NCBI GenBank assembly: GCA_963748215.1
Contig: CAVVHS010000005.1
Span: 225,771-289,770 of the forward strand
Direction: 5' to 3'
DNA: 64,000 nt
DNA from: an uncultured Gammaproteobacteria bacterium
Lineage (GTDB): Bacteria > Pseudomonadota > Gammaproteobacteria > UBA9214
In this document: piece after piece, positions 20,379 through 29,923 of the stretch
Numbering within the stretch: position 1 is the stretch's first letter
Layout: each line of letters starts with the position of its first letter
Program-made: the position numbers and the translations under genes
Notes under the pieces: generated by a model
Database searches by the model: none
Told to the model about the DNA's origin: nothing
The model's input: the letters and a program-made list of their open reading frames with translations, nothing else

Positions 20379-20785
20379 CCCTGCTGCGAGCTGTCATCTT
20401 CATGTTTAACGCCGACTCGCCGTGCTGTCCACCATTTCCGCAGCAGCCAGCCATAGATAATGGCATTGATGGCGATCACCACGGCGGCCAGCACCAGCTG
20501 GATGTCGGGGGTCAGCCCCGCCGGGTAGATCAGCGGTAACAGGTAGTACGGGATAAAACCGCCGCTGTAGCCGGCCTCGCCGGCGGCCAGCCGCAGCTGC
20601 TGTTCCCAGGGAGTGAGCGGACAGGGCCAGTGATACAACTCCAGCAGTACTGCCCACAAGACGGCCGGCACATGCAGGAACGCGACACGCGGCCAGTGGA
20701 ACACCGGCAGGCCGCCAAACAGCACGAAGCCGATAAATGCGAAATGCACAATGACCAGCGCGTCGGCGGTAAACCGGTACAGCAC
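20375..20785 (-). CDS. DUF2784 family membrane protein
   Basis: H.AFI.FVLFGG, CPLTPWE..LR..AGEAGY.GGFI..YL.PLIYP.GLT. Confidence 0.88.
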   Translation of the reverse strand: MLYRFTADALVIVHFAFIGFVLFGGLPVFHWPRVAFLHVPAVLWAVLLELYHWPCPLTPWEQQLRLAAGEAGYSGGFIPYYLLPLIYPAGLTPDIQLVLAAVVIAINAIIYGWLLRKWWTARRVGVKHEDDSSQQG

Positions 20786-20856
20786 AGCGACTGTTTCCGC
20801 GCCGTACTACCTGCCCGCGCGCCCGCTGCACGCACGCCGGCGGTGGATACCTGTCA

Positions 20857-21261
20857 TCAGTCAGGGCGGAACGCGTAGCGGCCGCTGCCGAGGAACAGGA
20901 TGGCGAGACCGCCGAACAGGTAGAACATCTGCAGCTCGAGCCCGTATCCGCCGTGGTCGGTCAGGCTGAACAGGTCGCCCGTATGCATCAGGCCGATAGC
21001 AAACAGCATGTTGACGACGATCGCCAGCCCGCTCAGGCGCGCAAACACCCCGGCGATCAGCAGCAGCGGCGCAACGATTTCCCCGACGTACACACCATAG
21101 GCAATGACATCGGGCAGGCCCGATGCCGTGAGCTGGCCGGTAATGAAATCGAGCGAACCTTCCGAGGTAATCTTGGACAAGCCGTGAAACAGCATCAGGA
21201 TACCGACCGTCAGCCGCACTATAAGTTTGCCTACCGCATCACTCTTGTTGAGATCTAACAT
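20857..21261 (-). CDS. DoxX family membrane protein
   Basis: R..VGILMLFHG..K, YVGEIVAP, GGYGLELQ, GSGRYA. Confidence 0.9.
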   Translation of the reverse strand: MLDLNKSDAVGKLIVRLTVGILMLFHGLSKITSEGSLDFITGQLTASGLPDVIAYGVYVGEIVAPLLLIAGVFARLSGLAIVVNMLFAIGLMHTGDLFSLTDHGGYGLELQMFYLFGGLAILFLGSGRYAFRPD

Positions 21262-21443
21262 GCTGCCCCCTGTCCTGTTGATTCACTGACCGAAGCATCT
21301 AACGTGCCTGTTGCACCGGTCGACCGCGAGTCGGTGTCGCCGGATCAAACGGACATACACCCGTCAGCCGATCCGGTATCTGCACATCAACCCGTGCCCC
21401 CCCGCCCCGCGGGCTGGCGGCTCAACTATAACAGTCCCGGGAG

Positions 21444-22301
21444 TCATTTATCACGTATTTGCTGGCGCCGGTTGCCTGCAAAAAATACCAGCGCCCAGCC
21501 CGTCGCCGCCGTCCAGCAGATGGCCAGGGCAAGCAGATCGTGGCTCAGGAAGTGTGCGCCGCGGATTTCCTGTGTGGCGGCGAACAGGCCACCCAGCAGC
21601 AGCGGGAACAGCAGTGCCAGGACACGGTAGCGGCTGCCCGCGGCCAGCAGCGCGAAATACACGCCGAACCACGCAAAGCCGCCACTGGCATGGCCGCCGG
21701 GGAATGCATGCCCGGGCAGACTGCCCGGCGGCGCGCTGTCGAAGATGCGGATGTAGGGCATGTCGCCGCCGAACTGGACCAGGCTCCATGGCGTATAGAT
21801 ATGCGTCGTGCTTTTCAGCAGGCTGACGATTGCCGGTCCGGTTATGCCGGCAATCAGCACGAACAACAGGACCTTGCGGTACGGTGCAAGCGCGCCGACG
21901 CAGCAACTGGCGATCAACATCACGAAATCCGCCACCGCCAGCAGCACGGCAAGCTCACGCCCCCAGGTATGCAGCAAGGTGCTGGTGAGAAACAGAGACC
22001 GGTACGGCCAGCTGCCCGTGACCGGATCGAACACCAGGCCCGCCAGGTACAGGTCAAGCCCGGAATACTCGCTGGTTATCGCCAGCAGCGTCACTGTGAC
22101 GCTCACCAGCAGCGCCTTCATCCATTGCCGGCTGGTCAGCGGTCCGGGTTGCCAGACCGGGACACGACCGGCCGGGCCAGATGTCCCCGCCTGCCGCTCG
22201 GCACGCGCAGACCGCCCGTCACGGCGCCACCGCAGGCGCGCCGGCCAGCGGAGCGAGGATGTCCCGGCACTGGCGTCCGTCAGGTCTGATGGTGTCTGCA
22301 T
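21444..22301 (-). CDS. PAP2-family phosphatase (possibly lipid A / undecaprenyl-phosphate related)
   Basis: K...H.Y.PW.L..FGG, FPGGHASGGF, Q..RGAHFLSHDL; ATG 22301 preferred as start. Confidence 0.85.
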   Translation of the reverse strand: MQTPSDLTDASAGTSSLRWPARLRWRRDGRSARAERQAGTSGPAGRVPVWQPGPLTSRQWMKALLVSVTVTLLAITSEYSGLDLYLAGLVFDPVTGSWPYRSLFLTSTLLHTWGRELAVLLAVADFVMLIASCCVGALAPYRKVLLFVLIAGITGPAIVSLLKSTTHIYTPWSLVQFGGDMPYIRIFDSAPPGSLPGHAFPGGHASGGFAWFGVYFALLAAGSRYRVLALLFPLLLGGLFAATQEIRGAHFLSHDLLALAICWTAATGWALVFFAGNRRQQIRDK

Positions 22302-22323
22302 GGACCTTAGATAGCGCATACAC

Positions 22324-22339
22324 CTTAAACCACGCTTAA
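22324..22339 (-). promoter_or_regulatory. PmrA/QseB-type direct-repeat box upstream of the PAP2 gene
   Basis: Minus strand TTAAG-CGTGGT-TTAAG (11-bp period), then 10 nt and TATCTA. Confidence 0.55.
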
Positions 22340-22524
22340 CGGGGCCAGGGCCGGGTCTCGCCCTGCGCAGCCGTTCACAGTTTCGTACATCAGCGACCAG
22401 CAACCTGGCGATGACATCCATTCAGCCTCAAGTAACGTAACCCGGGCGTCGTTATATTAGCAGTTGCTTATTTTTTAACTTTTTAACTTACTAACATTGT
22501 GGGTTTTTACCCGGGAGATACACC

Positions 22525-22632
22525 ATGTACTGGGATTCACTGACGGCAACCGGCGTGTTTATTTCGCTGCTGATGGCGATAAGCATGATTTATCTGATCA
22601 TCCGCGACCAGCCGGGCGCACCCCGCGGCTGA
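22525..22632 (+). CDS. Small 35-aa single-TM protein (not in the ORF track)
   Basis: GGGAGA RBS; MYWDSLTATGVFISLLMAISMIYLIIRDQPGAPRG*; AT-rich upstream region. Confidence 0.6.
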   Translation: MYWDSLTATGVFISLLMAISMIYLIIRDQPGAPRG

Positions 22633-22697
22633 TCCGGCAGCGGCACGCGACGCCCCTCTGTATCGCCCCGTCGTACCTTGCGGCGGGGCGATTTGCT

Positions 22698-23036
22698 TCA
22701 CCCGGCATCACCGTTGCGGTTGACGTTCTCCCGGTCGAGATCCCCCTGTACCCGCTCGACGGTGTCGACGATGTCCAGGAAGCGCCGGCCAAATTCAGTG
22801 AACAGGTACTCGACCCGCGGCGGAGATTCGGGATACACGACTTTATCGACGATACCGAAACGCAGCAGCTTGTTCAGGCGTTCGTTCAGCACTTTCGTCG
22901 TCAGCCCGTCGACCTGACGCTGCATGGCGCCGGGCCGGTTAATGCCATTTCGGATCAGGTGTATCACCGACAGTGACCACTTGCAGCCGATAATCGACTC
23001 GACCATTCGCGCGACGTTTTTGTCCGACTTGTCCAT
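22698..23036 (-). CDS. HxlR/DUF24-family winged-helix regulator
   Basis: IGCKWS, GLTTKVLNERL, YPESPPRVEY.FT.FG. Confidence 0.92.
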   Translation of the reverse strand: MDKSDKNVARMVESIIGCKWSLSVIHLIRNGINRPGAMQRQVDGLTTKVLNERLNKLLRFGIVDKVVYPESPPRVEYLFTEFGRRFLDIVDTVERVQGDLDRENVNRNGDAG

Positions 23037-23065
23037 AAATAGTTTGCCCCGCCACTCAGCATCTT

Positions 23066-23098
23066 GCACCGAAAAGTACCTGATGAACCATTTTGTGC
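23066..23098. promoter_or_regulatory. Putative HxlR operator pair in the divergent gap
   Basis: GCACCGAAAAGTAC and GAACCATTTTGTGC, two G.AC-N6-GTRC pseudo-palindromes. Confidence 0.45.
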
Positions 23099-23186
23099 GT
23101 ACTGTTTTTCCACTCCTCATTCGACTGTAATCAAGCCATGCCTGATGTGCAACGCAGGCTGGAACCAGTTATTTCAGGAGGCACAC

Positions 23187-23660
23187 ATGTTATCAGCCCT
23201 GTACAAGACAACGCTTGCCGCTGCCCTGCTGCTGACCGGCACTATCACAACCGCTGCCGGTTATCCGGAAGACTATCGCAGCTGGACGCATGTCAAGACA
23301 CTGACCCTGCACGCCGGGCATCCGCTGGAAGTTCCCTTCAAGGGGATCCACCATGTCTACGCCAATCCGGCTGCGCTGGAAGGGCTGAGGAGCGGCAGCT
23401 ACCCGGACGGTGCCGTACTGGTGTTCGATCTGCTGGAAGCGGTCAGCGCTGACCATGCCACGGCGGAAGGCAAGCGCATCCTGCTTGGCGTGATGGAAAA
23501 GAACCGCTCGCAACACACCGCCACGGGCGGCTGGGATTTCGACGCCTGGGCCGGCGACAGTCACAGCGAACGACTGGTGAAGGATGACGGCCAGTCCTGC
23601 TTTGCCTGTCATACGTCGCAGCAGGACAACGATTACGTGTTCAGCACCTGGCGGGATTAA
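23187..23660 (+). CDS. Cytochrome P460-family protein, probably cytochrome c'-beta type
   Basis: GGAGG RBS, signal peptide, YP.DYR.W, YPDGAVLVFD, TGGW, C-terminal CFACH, DYVFS. Confidence 0.88.
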   Translation: MLSALYKTTLAAALLLTGTITTAAGYPEDYRSWTHVKTLTLHAGHPLEVPFKGIHHVYANPAALEGLRSGSYPDGAVLVFDLLEAVSADHATAEGKRILLGVMEKNRSQHTATGGWDFDAWAGDSHSERLVKDDGQSCFACHTSQQDNDYVFSTWRD

Positions 23661-23683
23661 CAGGACGCCTGGCGCGTGCGCGA

Positions 23684-25132
23684 TCAGTCGGTACTGGTAC
23701 CGCCGACGGTGAGGTCGTCGATAAGCATGGTCGGCTGACCGACCCCGACCGGGACGCTCTGGCCCTCCTTGCCACAGGTACCGACGCCGGGATCGAGCTG
23801 CAGGTCGTTGCCGAGCATGGAGACGCGCTTGAGCACATCCGGGCCGTTGCCGATCAGGGTCGCGCCCTTCACCGGCCGGGTGACCTGGCCGTTCTCGATC
23901 AGGTAGGCCTCGCTGGCGCTGAACACGAACTTGCCCGAGGTGATGTCCACCTGGCCACCGCCAAAGTTGACGGCATAGAGCCCTTTCTTCACGGATCGGA
24001 TGATGTCCTGCGGCTCGCTGTCGCCGGCCAGCATGTAGGTGTTGGTCATACGCGGCATCGGCAGGTGCGCGTAGGATTCGCGCCGTCCATTGCCGGTCGG
24101 CACCACACCCATCAGTCCGGCGTTCATGCGGTCCTGCATGTAGCCCTTGAGGATGCCTTTTTCGATGAGCACGGTGTTCTGTCCCGGCGTGCCCTCGTCG
24201 TCGACGTTGAGCGAACCGCGGCGGCCGGCGAGTGTGCCGTCGTCGACCACGGTGCACAGCGTTGATGCCACCTGCTGGCCGAGCCGCCCGGCGAACGCCG
24301 AGGTGCCCTTGCGGTTGAAGTCGCCTTCCAGGCCGTGCCCGATCGCCTCGTGCAGCAGGATGCCGGGCCAGCCCGGCCCCAGCACCACCGGCATGGCGCC
24401 GGCCGGCGCAGCGACGGCCTCGAGGTTGACCAGTGCCTGGCGCACCGCCTCGCGCGCGTAGCCCGCGGCCCGCTGCTCGTCGATAAAGAAACTGTAATCA
24501 CTGCGTCCGCCACCGCCGGCACTGCCCTGTTCGCGGCGCCCGCCCTGCTCGACAATGGCAGTGACGTTGCAGCGCACCAGCGGCCGCACGTCGGCAGCCA
24601 GCGTGCCGTCGCTGACGGCGACCAGCATCACCTCGTGCACCCCCGCCAGGCTGACCACGACCTCCTTGACCCGCGGGTCCTGGCGGCGTGCCTCGGCATC
24701 GAGTTGCCGCAACAGCGCCACCTTGTCGTCCGACGACATGCGGTCGATCGGGTCGATGGCCGGGTACAGCAGATTATCCCCGCGCGCATGCCAGGCCTGC
24801 AGCCGGCCGGCCTGGCCCCGGCCAGCGATGGCGCGCGCCGCGGTCGATGCCTGCAGCAGGGCCGGCATGACGATTTCGTCGGAATACGCAAAACCGGTCC
24901 TGTCGCCGCTGATGGCGCGCACGCCGGCGCCCTGCTCGATACTGTGGCTGCCTTCCTTGACGATGCCGTCTTCCAGCACCCACGATTCAAAACGCGTCGA
25001 CTGGAAGTACAGATCGCCGCCGTCCACCGCGTGGCCAAGCAGCCGCCCGAACACCGACTCCAGATCGCCGTCGTCGATGCCGGCGGGTGCCAGCAGCCGC
25101 TGTCGGGCTATGTCGAGACTGGTATCAGGCAC
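23684..25132 (-). CDS. tldD: Metalloprotease TldD
   Basis: [43 protein letters not shown]. Confidence 0.97.
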   Translation of the reverse strand: MPDTSLDIARQRLLAPAGIDDGDLESVFGRLLGHAVDGGDLYFQSTRFESWVLEDGIVKEGSHSIEQGAGVRAISGDRTGFAYSDEIVMPALLQASTAARAIAGRGQAGRLQAWHARGDNLLYPAIDPIDRMSSDDKVALLRQLDAEARRQDPRVKEVVVSLAGVHEVMLVAVSDGTLAADVRPLVRCNVTAIVEQGGRREQGSAGGGGRSDYSFFIDEQRAAGYAREAVRQALVNLEAVAAPAGAMPVVLGPGWPGILLHEAIGHGLEGDFNRKGTSAFAGRLGQQVASTLCTVVDDGTLAGRRGSLNVDDEGTPGQNTVLIEKGILKGYMQDRMNAGLMGVVPTGNGRRESYAHLPMPRMTNTYMLAGDSEPQDIIRSVKKGLYAVNFGGGQVDITSGKFVFSASEAYLIENGQVTRPVKGATLIGNGPDVLKRVSMLGNDLQLDPGVGTCGKEGQSVPVGVGQPTMLIDDLTVGGTSTD

Positions 25133-25952
25133 GGTTGAGACACTGCAGGCGGCGGTGGGCGATACTGGGGAAATTGCGCCGTGCGCTGTTCAGCCGCCCC
25201 AGGTCGACATCGGCGCACACCACGCCGGGGCCGCGCGCGAGGCTGTTCAGCACCGTGCCCCACGGATCCACGATCATGCTGTGGCCAAAGGTTTCGCGGC
25301 CGTTCAGGTGATAGCCGCCCTGGTCCGGCGCGATCACGTAGCACAGGTTCTCGATGGCACGCGCGCGCACCAGCACCTCCCAGTGTGCACGTCCCGTAAT
25401 GGCAGTGAAAGCCGAGGGCAAGACGAGGATTTCCAGCCCCGCCTCGAGCTGCTGGCGAAACAGTTCCGGGAAACGCAGGTCGTAGCAGACCGCGACACCC
25501 ATGCGCCCGAACGGGCTGTCGATGACCACCACCTCGTTGCCAGGCTCGATGGTATCCGATTCGGTGTACTGTTCACCGCTGTCGACCAGCGCCACGTCGA
25601 ACAGGTGGATCTTGTCGTAGCGTGCCACCTGCCTGCCCTTGTCGTCGAACACCAGGCAGGACGCGCGCACCTTGTTGTCCGCCTCGGCCACCAGTGGAAT
25701 GGTTCCGCCGACCAGCCAGATGCCATGGTGCGCCGCCTGCTCGGCCAGGAAGGCCTGGATGGCGCCGCTGCCGGCGGTTTCGCGGGCCTTCACCTTGTCA
25801 TGCTCGGACTTGCCCATCAGGGCGAAATTCTCCGGCAATACCACCAGCTGCGCATGCTGGCTGACGGCCTCGCCTATCAGGCGCTCGGCCTCCAGCAGGT
25901 TGGCGCCGATGTTCGGGCTCGAGGCCATTTGTACGCAGGCAACCACACTCAT
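25125..25952 (-). CDS. Carbon-nitrogen hydrolase (Nit1, deaminated-glutathione amidase)
   Basis: [32 protein letters not shown]. Confidence 0.92.
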   Translation of the reverse strand: MSVVACVQMASSPNIGANLLEAERLIGEAVSQHAQLVVLPENFALMGKSEHDKVKARETAGSGAIQAFLAEQAAHHGIWLVGGTIPLVAEADNKVRASCLVFDDKGRQVARYDKIHLFDVALVDSGEQYTESDTIEPGNEVVVIDSPFGRMGVAVCYDLRFPELFRQQLEAGLEILVLPSAFTAITGRAHWEVLVRARAIENLCYVIAPDQGGYHLNGRETFGHSMIVDPWGTVLNSLARGPGVVCADVDLGRLNSARRNFPSIAHRRLQCLNRA

Positions 25953-26035
25953 GGAATCATGTCATCCTTCACTATTCAGCAGCTTACAGAGAATAACACA
26001 GAAAACAGCTGGCGCAGTGCGCCGCGCTGATCGTG

Positions 26036-29000
26036 CTAGCGGAAAAATTCATCGGCGCCCATGGCGGGGTCCGGTGGTCGCTCCTGTTCCGGTTCGGGCA
26101 CGTTCAGTTGCTTCACGACCGGGTTGGCCCAGGGTCCCGTCACCTCGTACTGCTTGCGTGCGAGCTCGTTCAGCCGAAAGGCATCTTCCAGCAGTTTTCC
26201 GGCGACGATCACCACCGCGCCGACCGCGGGCCCGCCGGCCAGCGCGCCGGCCAGCGGCAGGCTGGAATTGAGGTACGGCGTCACGGTGACCAGCTCGTCG
26301 TAGTCCTGCGCCACCAGTCCGACCCGACCGGAAATCTCGATCTTCGCGGCCGGGCCATCGATCACCATCTTCTCGGTATAGGCATTGCCGTTATCCAGCA
26401 CGAACTCGGCCCCGATACGATCGAAGCTGAGACCCTCGCCGAACAGGTCGGTGAAATCCAGCGTCAAACGCCTGGGCAGCTTGGCCAGGCTCAGCAAGCC
26501 GAGCGCCCGCCCTGTCGCGCCGGGCTCGACCTCCAGTAACTGGCCATCCTTGATAACGATATCGAAGCGGCCATCGATGATCTCCGTCCTGAGATCCCAC
26601 GGAGCACCGCTCCAGCTTGCCTTGAGCTGGCCGGTCGGATGTCCGTCTTTCATGAGCTTCTGGTATCCCAGCGCATCGAGCAGCGCCCCCACGTTGCCAC
26701 CCGTCACCGCGATCTCGGCATGACTGATCTGTTCAGCGCCTGCCTGACGCCAGTCACCGCTGGTCTGCAGGGTCAGCATGGGTGACGACAGTGCCAGCTG
26801 TTCGATGCGGTAAATACCACCGGGCTGCCTGCGCGCCTGCAATTCCAGCTTGCCGAAATCAATGTCTTTGAAGAACAGTTGCCGAATCTTGATGCTCAGC
26901 GCGGGAAACCCGGCCGGTTGCGGCGGGGGTTCGGCCTGCGGCTTGGCATCGGCGACGGGTTCGAGCACGAGCCGCTGCATGTCCATCCCGATCGTATCGA
27001 TGCTGCCTGCACTTCGCGTCACCCGCAGTTCGCCCTCCGCCGACGGACCGATGGTCTTGATCGTCCAGCCCGTGCCGGCCTCGACGATATCGAGCCCGGT
27101 GTCGTGCAGCCGGAAACCGAACGTTTCGAGTTCCCTGAGCCTGACCGATACCCGCAGCGGCGGGCCCGCGCCTGTATCACCGCCGGCCATATGCGGCTGC
27201 CAGTCCGCCAGCCGGAACCGGTCCAGCTTGCCGCTGATCAGCAACTGCGGTATTTGCGGTGGCACCGGCGTTTCATCACCCAGCGCGATATTGCCGCGCT
27301 GCAGACCGAATCCCTGCGCACCCTGCGTCAGCACCAGCACCGCATGCAGGGCCTCGCCATACTCCGCCCGCACGTAAGGCTCGCTGCTCCCGAGTGCGGC
27401 GATATCGACCGACAGCGGCCGTGACGCCGCCGCCGGCTTGCCAAACGGCGCCGGCAGGTCGATGGCCAGTCCTTGCAGCGAACTGGTGATGCTCAACCCG
27501 ACATCGACATTCTTGCCACGCGCCGGTATGCCCCGCGTCGTAAGCTCCACGCGCCAGACGGGATCGCCGCTGATCACGTCGCGCAACGAAGCCGATTCCG
27601 GCAGCACATGATCGAGCAGGCCCAGCTGGCCTTCCAGGCTGACGTGCGTAACCGGCTTGCCGCGCCCGGTCCAGACCCGCGCGCTGGCGGTCCGCCCGAA
27701 CAGTGTGGCCTGCAACCCGTCACCGCGGATACCCTGATCGTCGAATTCGAGCCGGCCACGGACATGTTCGAGCGTGATATCGGCGTCCTTCACGGTCAGC
27801 GTGTTGTCACGCAGCCCGATCTTGCCGGCCACGCTGATCGGCGCTGTGCTTTTATCCAGCGGCACCAGGATATCCAGCGCCAGGTCGGTGTCCCCCGAGG
27901 TGACGATGCGATCGACGAAGCCGCCATAGGTCTCGCCCAGCGGACTGCTGCCGAGTTCCTCCAGCATGACGGGCAATGCACCCTTCACATTGCCCTTGAT
28001 GCTCAGCCGCGGCCTGGCGATGTCCTTGATCTGTGCATGCACCTTGCCCAGCACGGCCGTGCGGATGAGGCCCTTGTGCGAGTTGATGTCCATTTGCCGG
28101 CCGGTGAAGTCCACCTGAGCATCCAGTTGCGTGAGCGGCGACCAGTGTTCGTTGAAATCCAGTGTGGCATCGGTCACCGGCAGGCGCACTTCCAGCCGGC
28201 CTTCGCCGTGATCGTAGGGTAACTGGTCCAGGCGACCCTGGATGATCACGCTGCCGTCACGCACCTTGCCATCAACCAGCGCACGGTCCAGCCATGCCAC
28301 ACCGGTCTTCGACATGATCAGGGCCGGCAGGAAGTCCCTGGTACTGGCGACGTCGAATTCGCGCACGGCGATTTCCGTATCGGTCTCCACCGGGTCACCG
28401 TTCCGTGGCAGGCTCAGGCTGAAGCGGGCATCCAGCGCCAGGTGCGGATTGCGGAGCGTCAGCGATTCACTGCCGACCTCCAGCACCCCGTCCGCCATGC
28501 GCCAGTACACCTCGCCACCGGCCTGGTCGAAATGCAAGGCGGCGCGAAACAGGTGTTCGTCATGCAGCACCAGCCCCGTACTGCCGAGTTGCAGGGAGCC
28601 GGCCTGTGCATCACCGTTGATGGTACCGTCCAGGCCGGCGAGATACGGCATGGCACCGGTCTGCAGCATGCCCAGCCCGGTGAAACGTGCGGAAAAGCTA
28701 TCCATACTGATGACCTCATTCGTGCGTGTGAAGGCGCACGACAGGTCCTCGATCACGCCGGTCGGCTGCGCGTCCACCAGCATATCGCGCACGGCGGCAT
28801 CCAGCCCCGGTATCACCGGCAGCAGGCCGGAGATTTCGTCCAGGTCGACCAGCGCCGCCTCGGCACGCACCTGCACGCTGTCCTCATGATGCAGGCCGGC
28901 CAGCGAGAGATTGCCGGTCTGCCATGCCTGCCGGTCACGCCTTACCTGCAGCTGCTGCAGCACGGCCTGCCAACCCTGTGCAGCCTGCCGCCAGCCGAAC

Positions 29001-29884
29001 TGCGTCTGCACGTTGTCCGCCGCGAATACGACCTGCCTGTTGCCCGCGTGATAGGCCATGCGCAGGGCATCGACTTCCAGTTCGCCGCTGACCGCCGTGA
29101 TGCGCGACGCCTCGAGTCGCGCCCACAGGCGCAGGTCGACGATGCCCTGCACCGCATGCGCCTGCTCGAGCGCGGGTGCCAGCAGGCTGGACAGCGCCAG
29201 TGATTGCCCCCTGAAGTAGGCGCGCCCACGCCAGTCGGCGGGGTGCGTGGTATCGCCGCGCAGCTGCGCGACGATTTCGATCCGGTCACCGAGCTGGCCC
29301 GGCAACAGGGCATGTCCGTTCACGTAGTGGTCATCACCCTGGTTGGTCAGGGTGGCATTCACCGCCGAAAAGTGCTGTGTCCCGGCCCCTCTGGGGATAT
29401 CCCTGATAGTGACGTCGGCGTCATGGATGGACAGCCGCGACATCGCCGCAAGCGCACCGAATTCGACGTCCGCCCTGTGCTCGGCGGCGAACTCCTCCAG
29501 TATCAGGCGGCCGCTTTCGTCACGCGCCAGAGTGAGTGCGACGCCGATGATGTCGATATCCGCAAAACGCAGCTCGCGTGTTTTCAGAAAATGCACGGTA
29601 TCGATGCTGATCTGGATTTCGCGCACGACAAGCGGCTGCATACCGCGTATGCCGGCGATGACGACATTCCTCAGCCTGATCACCGGGCGCAGGCCACGCC
29701 AGGTCGCCTCCACGCGGCCGACGCTAAGCGGGCGCTGTAATGCGTCGCTCGCAGCCGTCTCGATATCGTGCCCATAGCCGCCCAGCGACGGGGCCCATAC
29801 CCGTGCGACCGTGAGCAGCACGGCGAGGAGGAACAGGCCGGCAGCCAGCAGCAGCCAGGCAAGGTGCAGGATGCGCCTCAGCAT
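26036..29884 (-). CDS. yhdP: AsmA-like phospholipid bridge YhdP
   Basis: 1282 aa, N-terminal TM, LPRRLTLDF.DLF; between rng and nit-tldD. Confidence 0.93.
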   Translation of the reverse strand: MLRRILHLAWLLLAAGLFLLAVLLTVARVWAPSLGGYGHDIETAASDALQRPLSVGRVEATWRGLRPVIRLRNVVIAGIRGMQPLVVREIQISIDTVHFLKTRELRFADIDIIGVALTLARDESGRLILEEFAAEHRADVEFGALAAMSRLSIHDADVTIRDIPRGAGTQHFSAVNATLTNQGDDHYVNGHALLPGQLGDRIEIVAQLRGDTTHPADWRGRAYFRGQSLALSSLLAPALEQAHAVQGIVDLRLWARLEASRITAVSGELEVDALRMAYHAGNRQVVFAADNVQTQFGWRQAAQGWQAVLQQLQVRRDRQAWQTGNLSLAGLHHEDSVQVRAEAALVDLDEISGLLPVIPGLDAAVRDMLVDAQPTGVIEDLSCAFTRTNEVISMDSFSARFTGLGMLQTGAMPYLAGLDGTINGDAQAGSLQLGSTGLVLHDEHLFRAALHFDQAGGEVYWRMADGVLEVGSESLTLRNPHLALDARFSLSLPRNGDPVETDTEIAVREFDVASTRDFLPALIMSKTGVAWLDRALVDGKVRDGSVIIQGRLDQLPYDHGEGRLEVRLPVTDATLDFNEHWSPLTQLDAQVDFTGRQMDINSHKGLIRTAVLGKVHAQIKDIARPRLSIKGNVKGALPVMLEELGSSPLGETYGGFVDRIVTSGDTDLALDILVPLDKSTAPISVAGKIGLRDNTLTVKDADITLEHVRGRLEFDDQGIRGDGLQATLFGRTASARVWTGRGKPVTHVSLEGQLGLLDHVLPESASLRDVISGDPVWRVELTTRGIPARGKNVDVGLSITSSLQGLAIDLPAPFGKPAAASRPLSVDIAALGSSEPYVRAEYGEALHAVLVLTQGAQGFGLQRGNIALGDETPVPPQIPQLLISGKLDRFRLADWQPHMAGGDTGAGPPLRVSVRLRELETFGFRLHDTGLDIVEAGTGWTIKTIGPSAEGELRVTRSAGSIDTIGMDMQRLVLEPVADAKPQAEPPPQPAGFPALSIKIRQLFFKDIDFGKLELQARRQPGGIYRIEQLALSSPMLTLQTSGDWRQAGAEQISHAEIAVTGGNVGALLDALGYQKLMKDGHPTGQLKASWSGAPWDLRTEIIDGRFDIVIKDGQLLEVEPGATGRALGLLSLAKLPRRLTLDFTDLFGEGLSFDRIGAEFVLDNGNAYTEKMVIDGPAAKIEISGRVGLVAQDYDELVTVTPYLNSSLPLAGALAGGPAVGAVVIVAGKLLEDAFRLNELARKQYEVTGPWANPVVKQLNVPEPEQERPPDPAMGADEFFR

Positions 29885-29923
29885 GCCCCTGGATACCCCG
29901 GATCGCAGGCCGGAAATGCCTGC

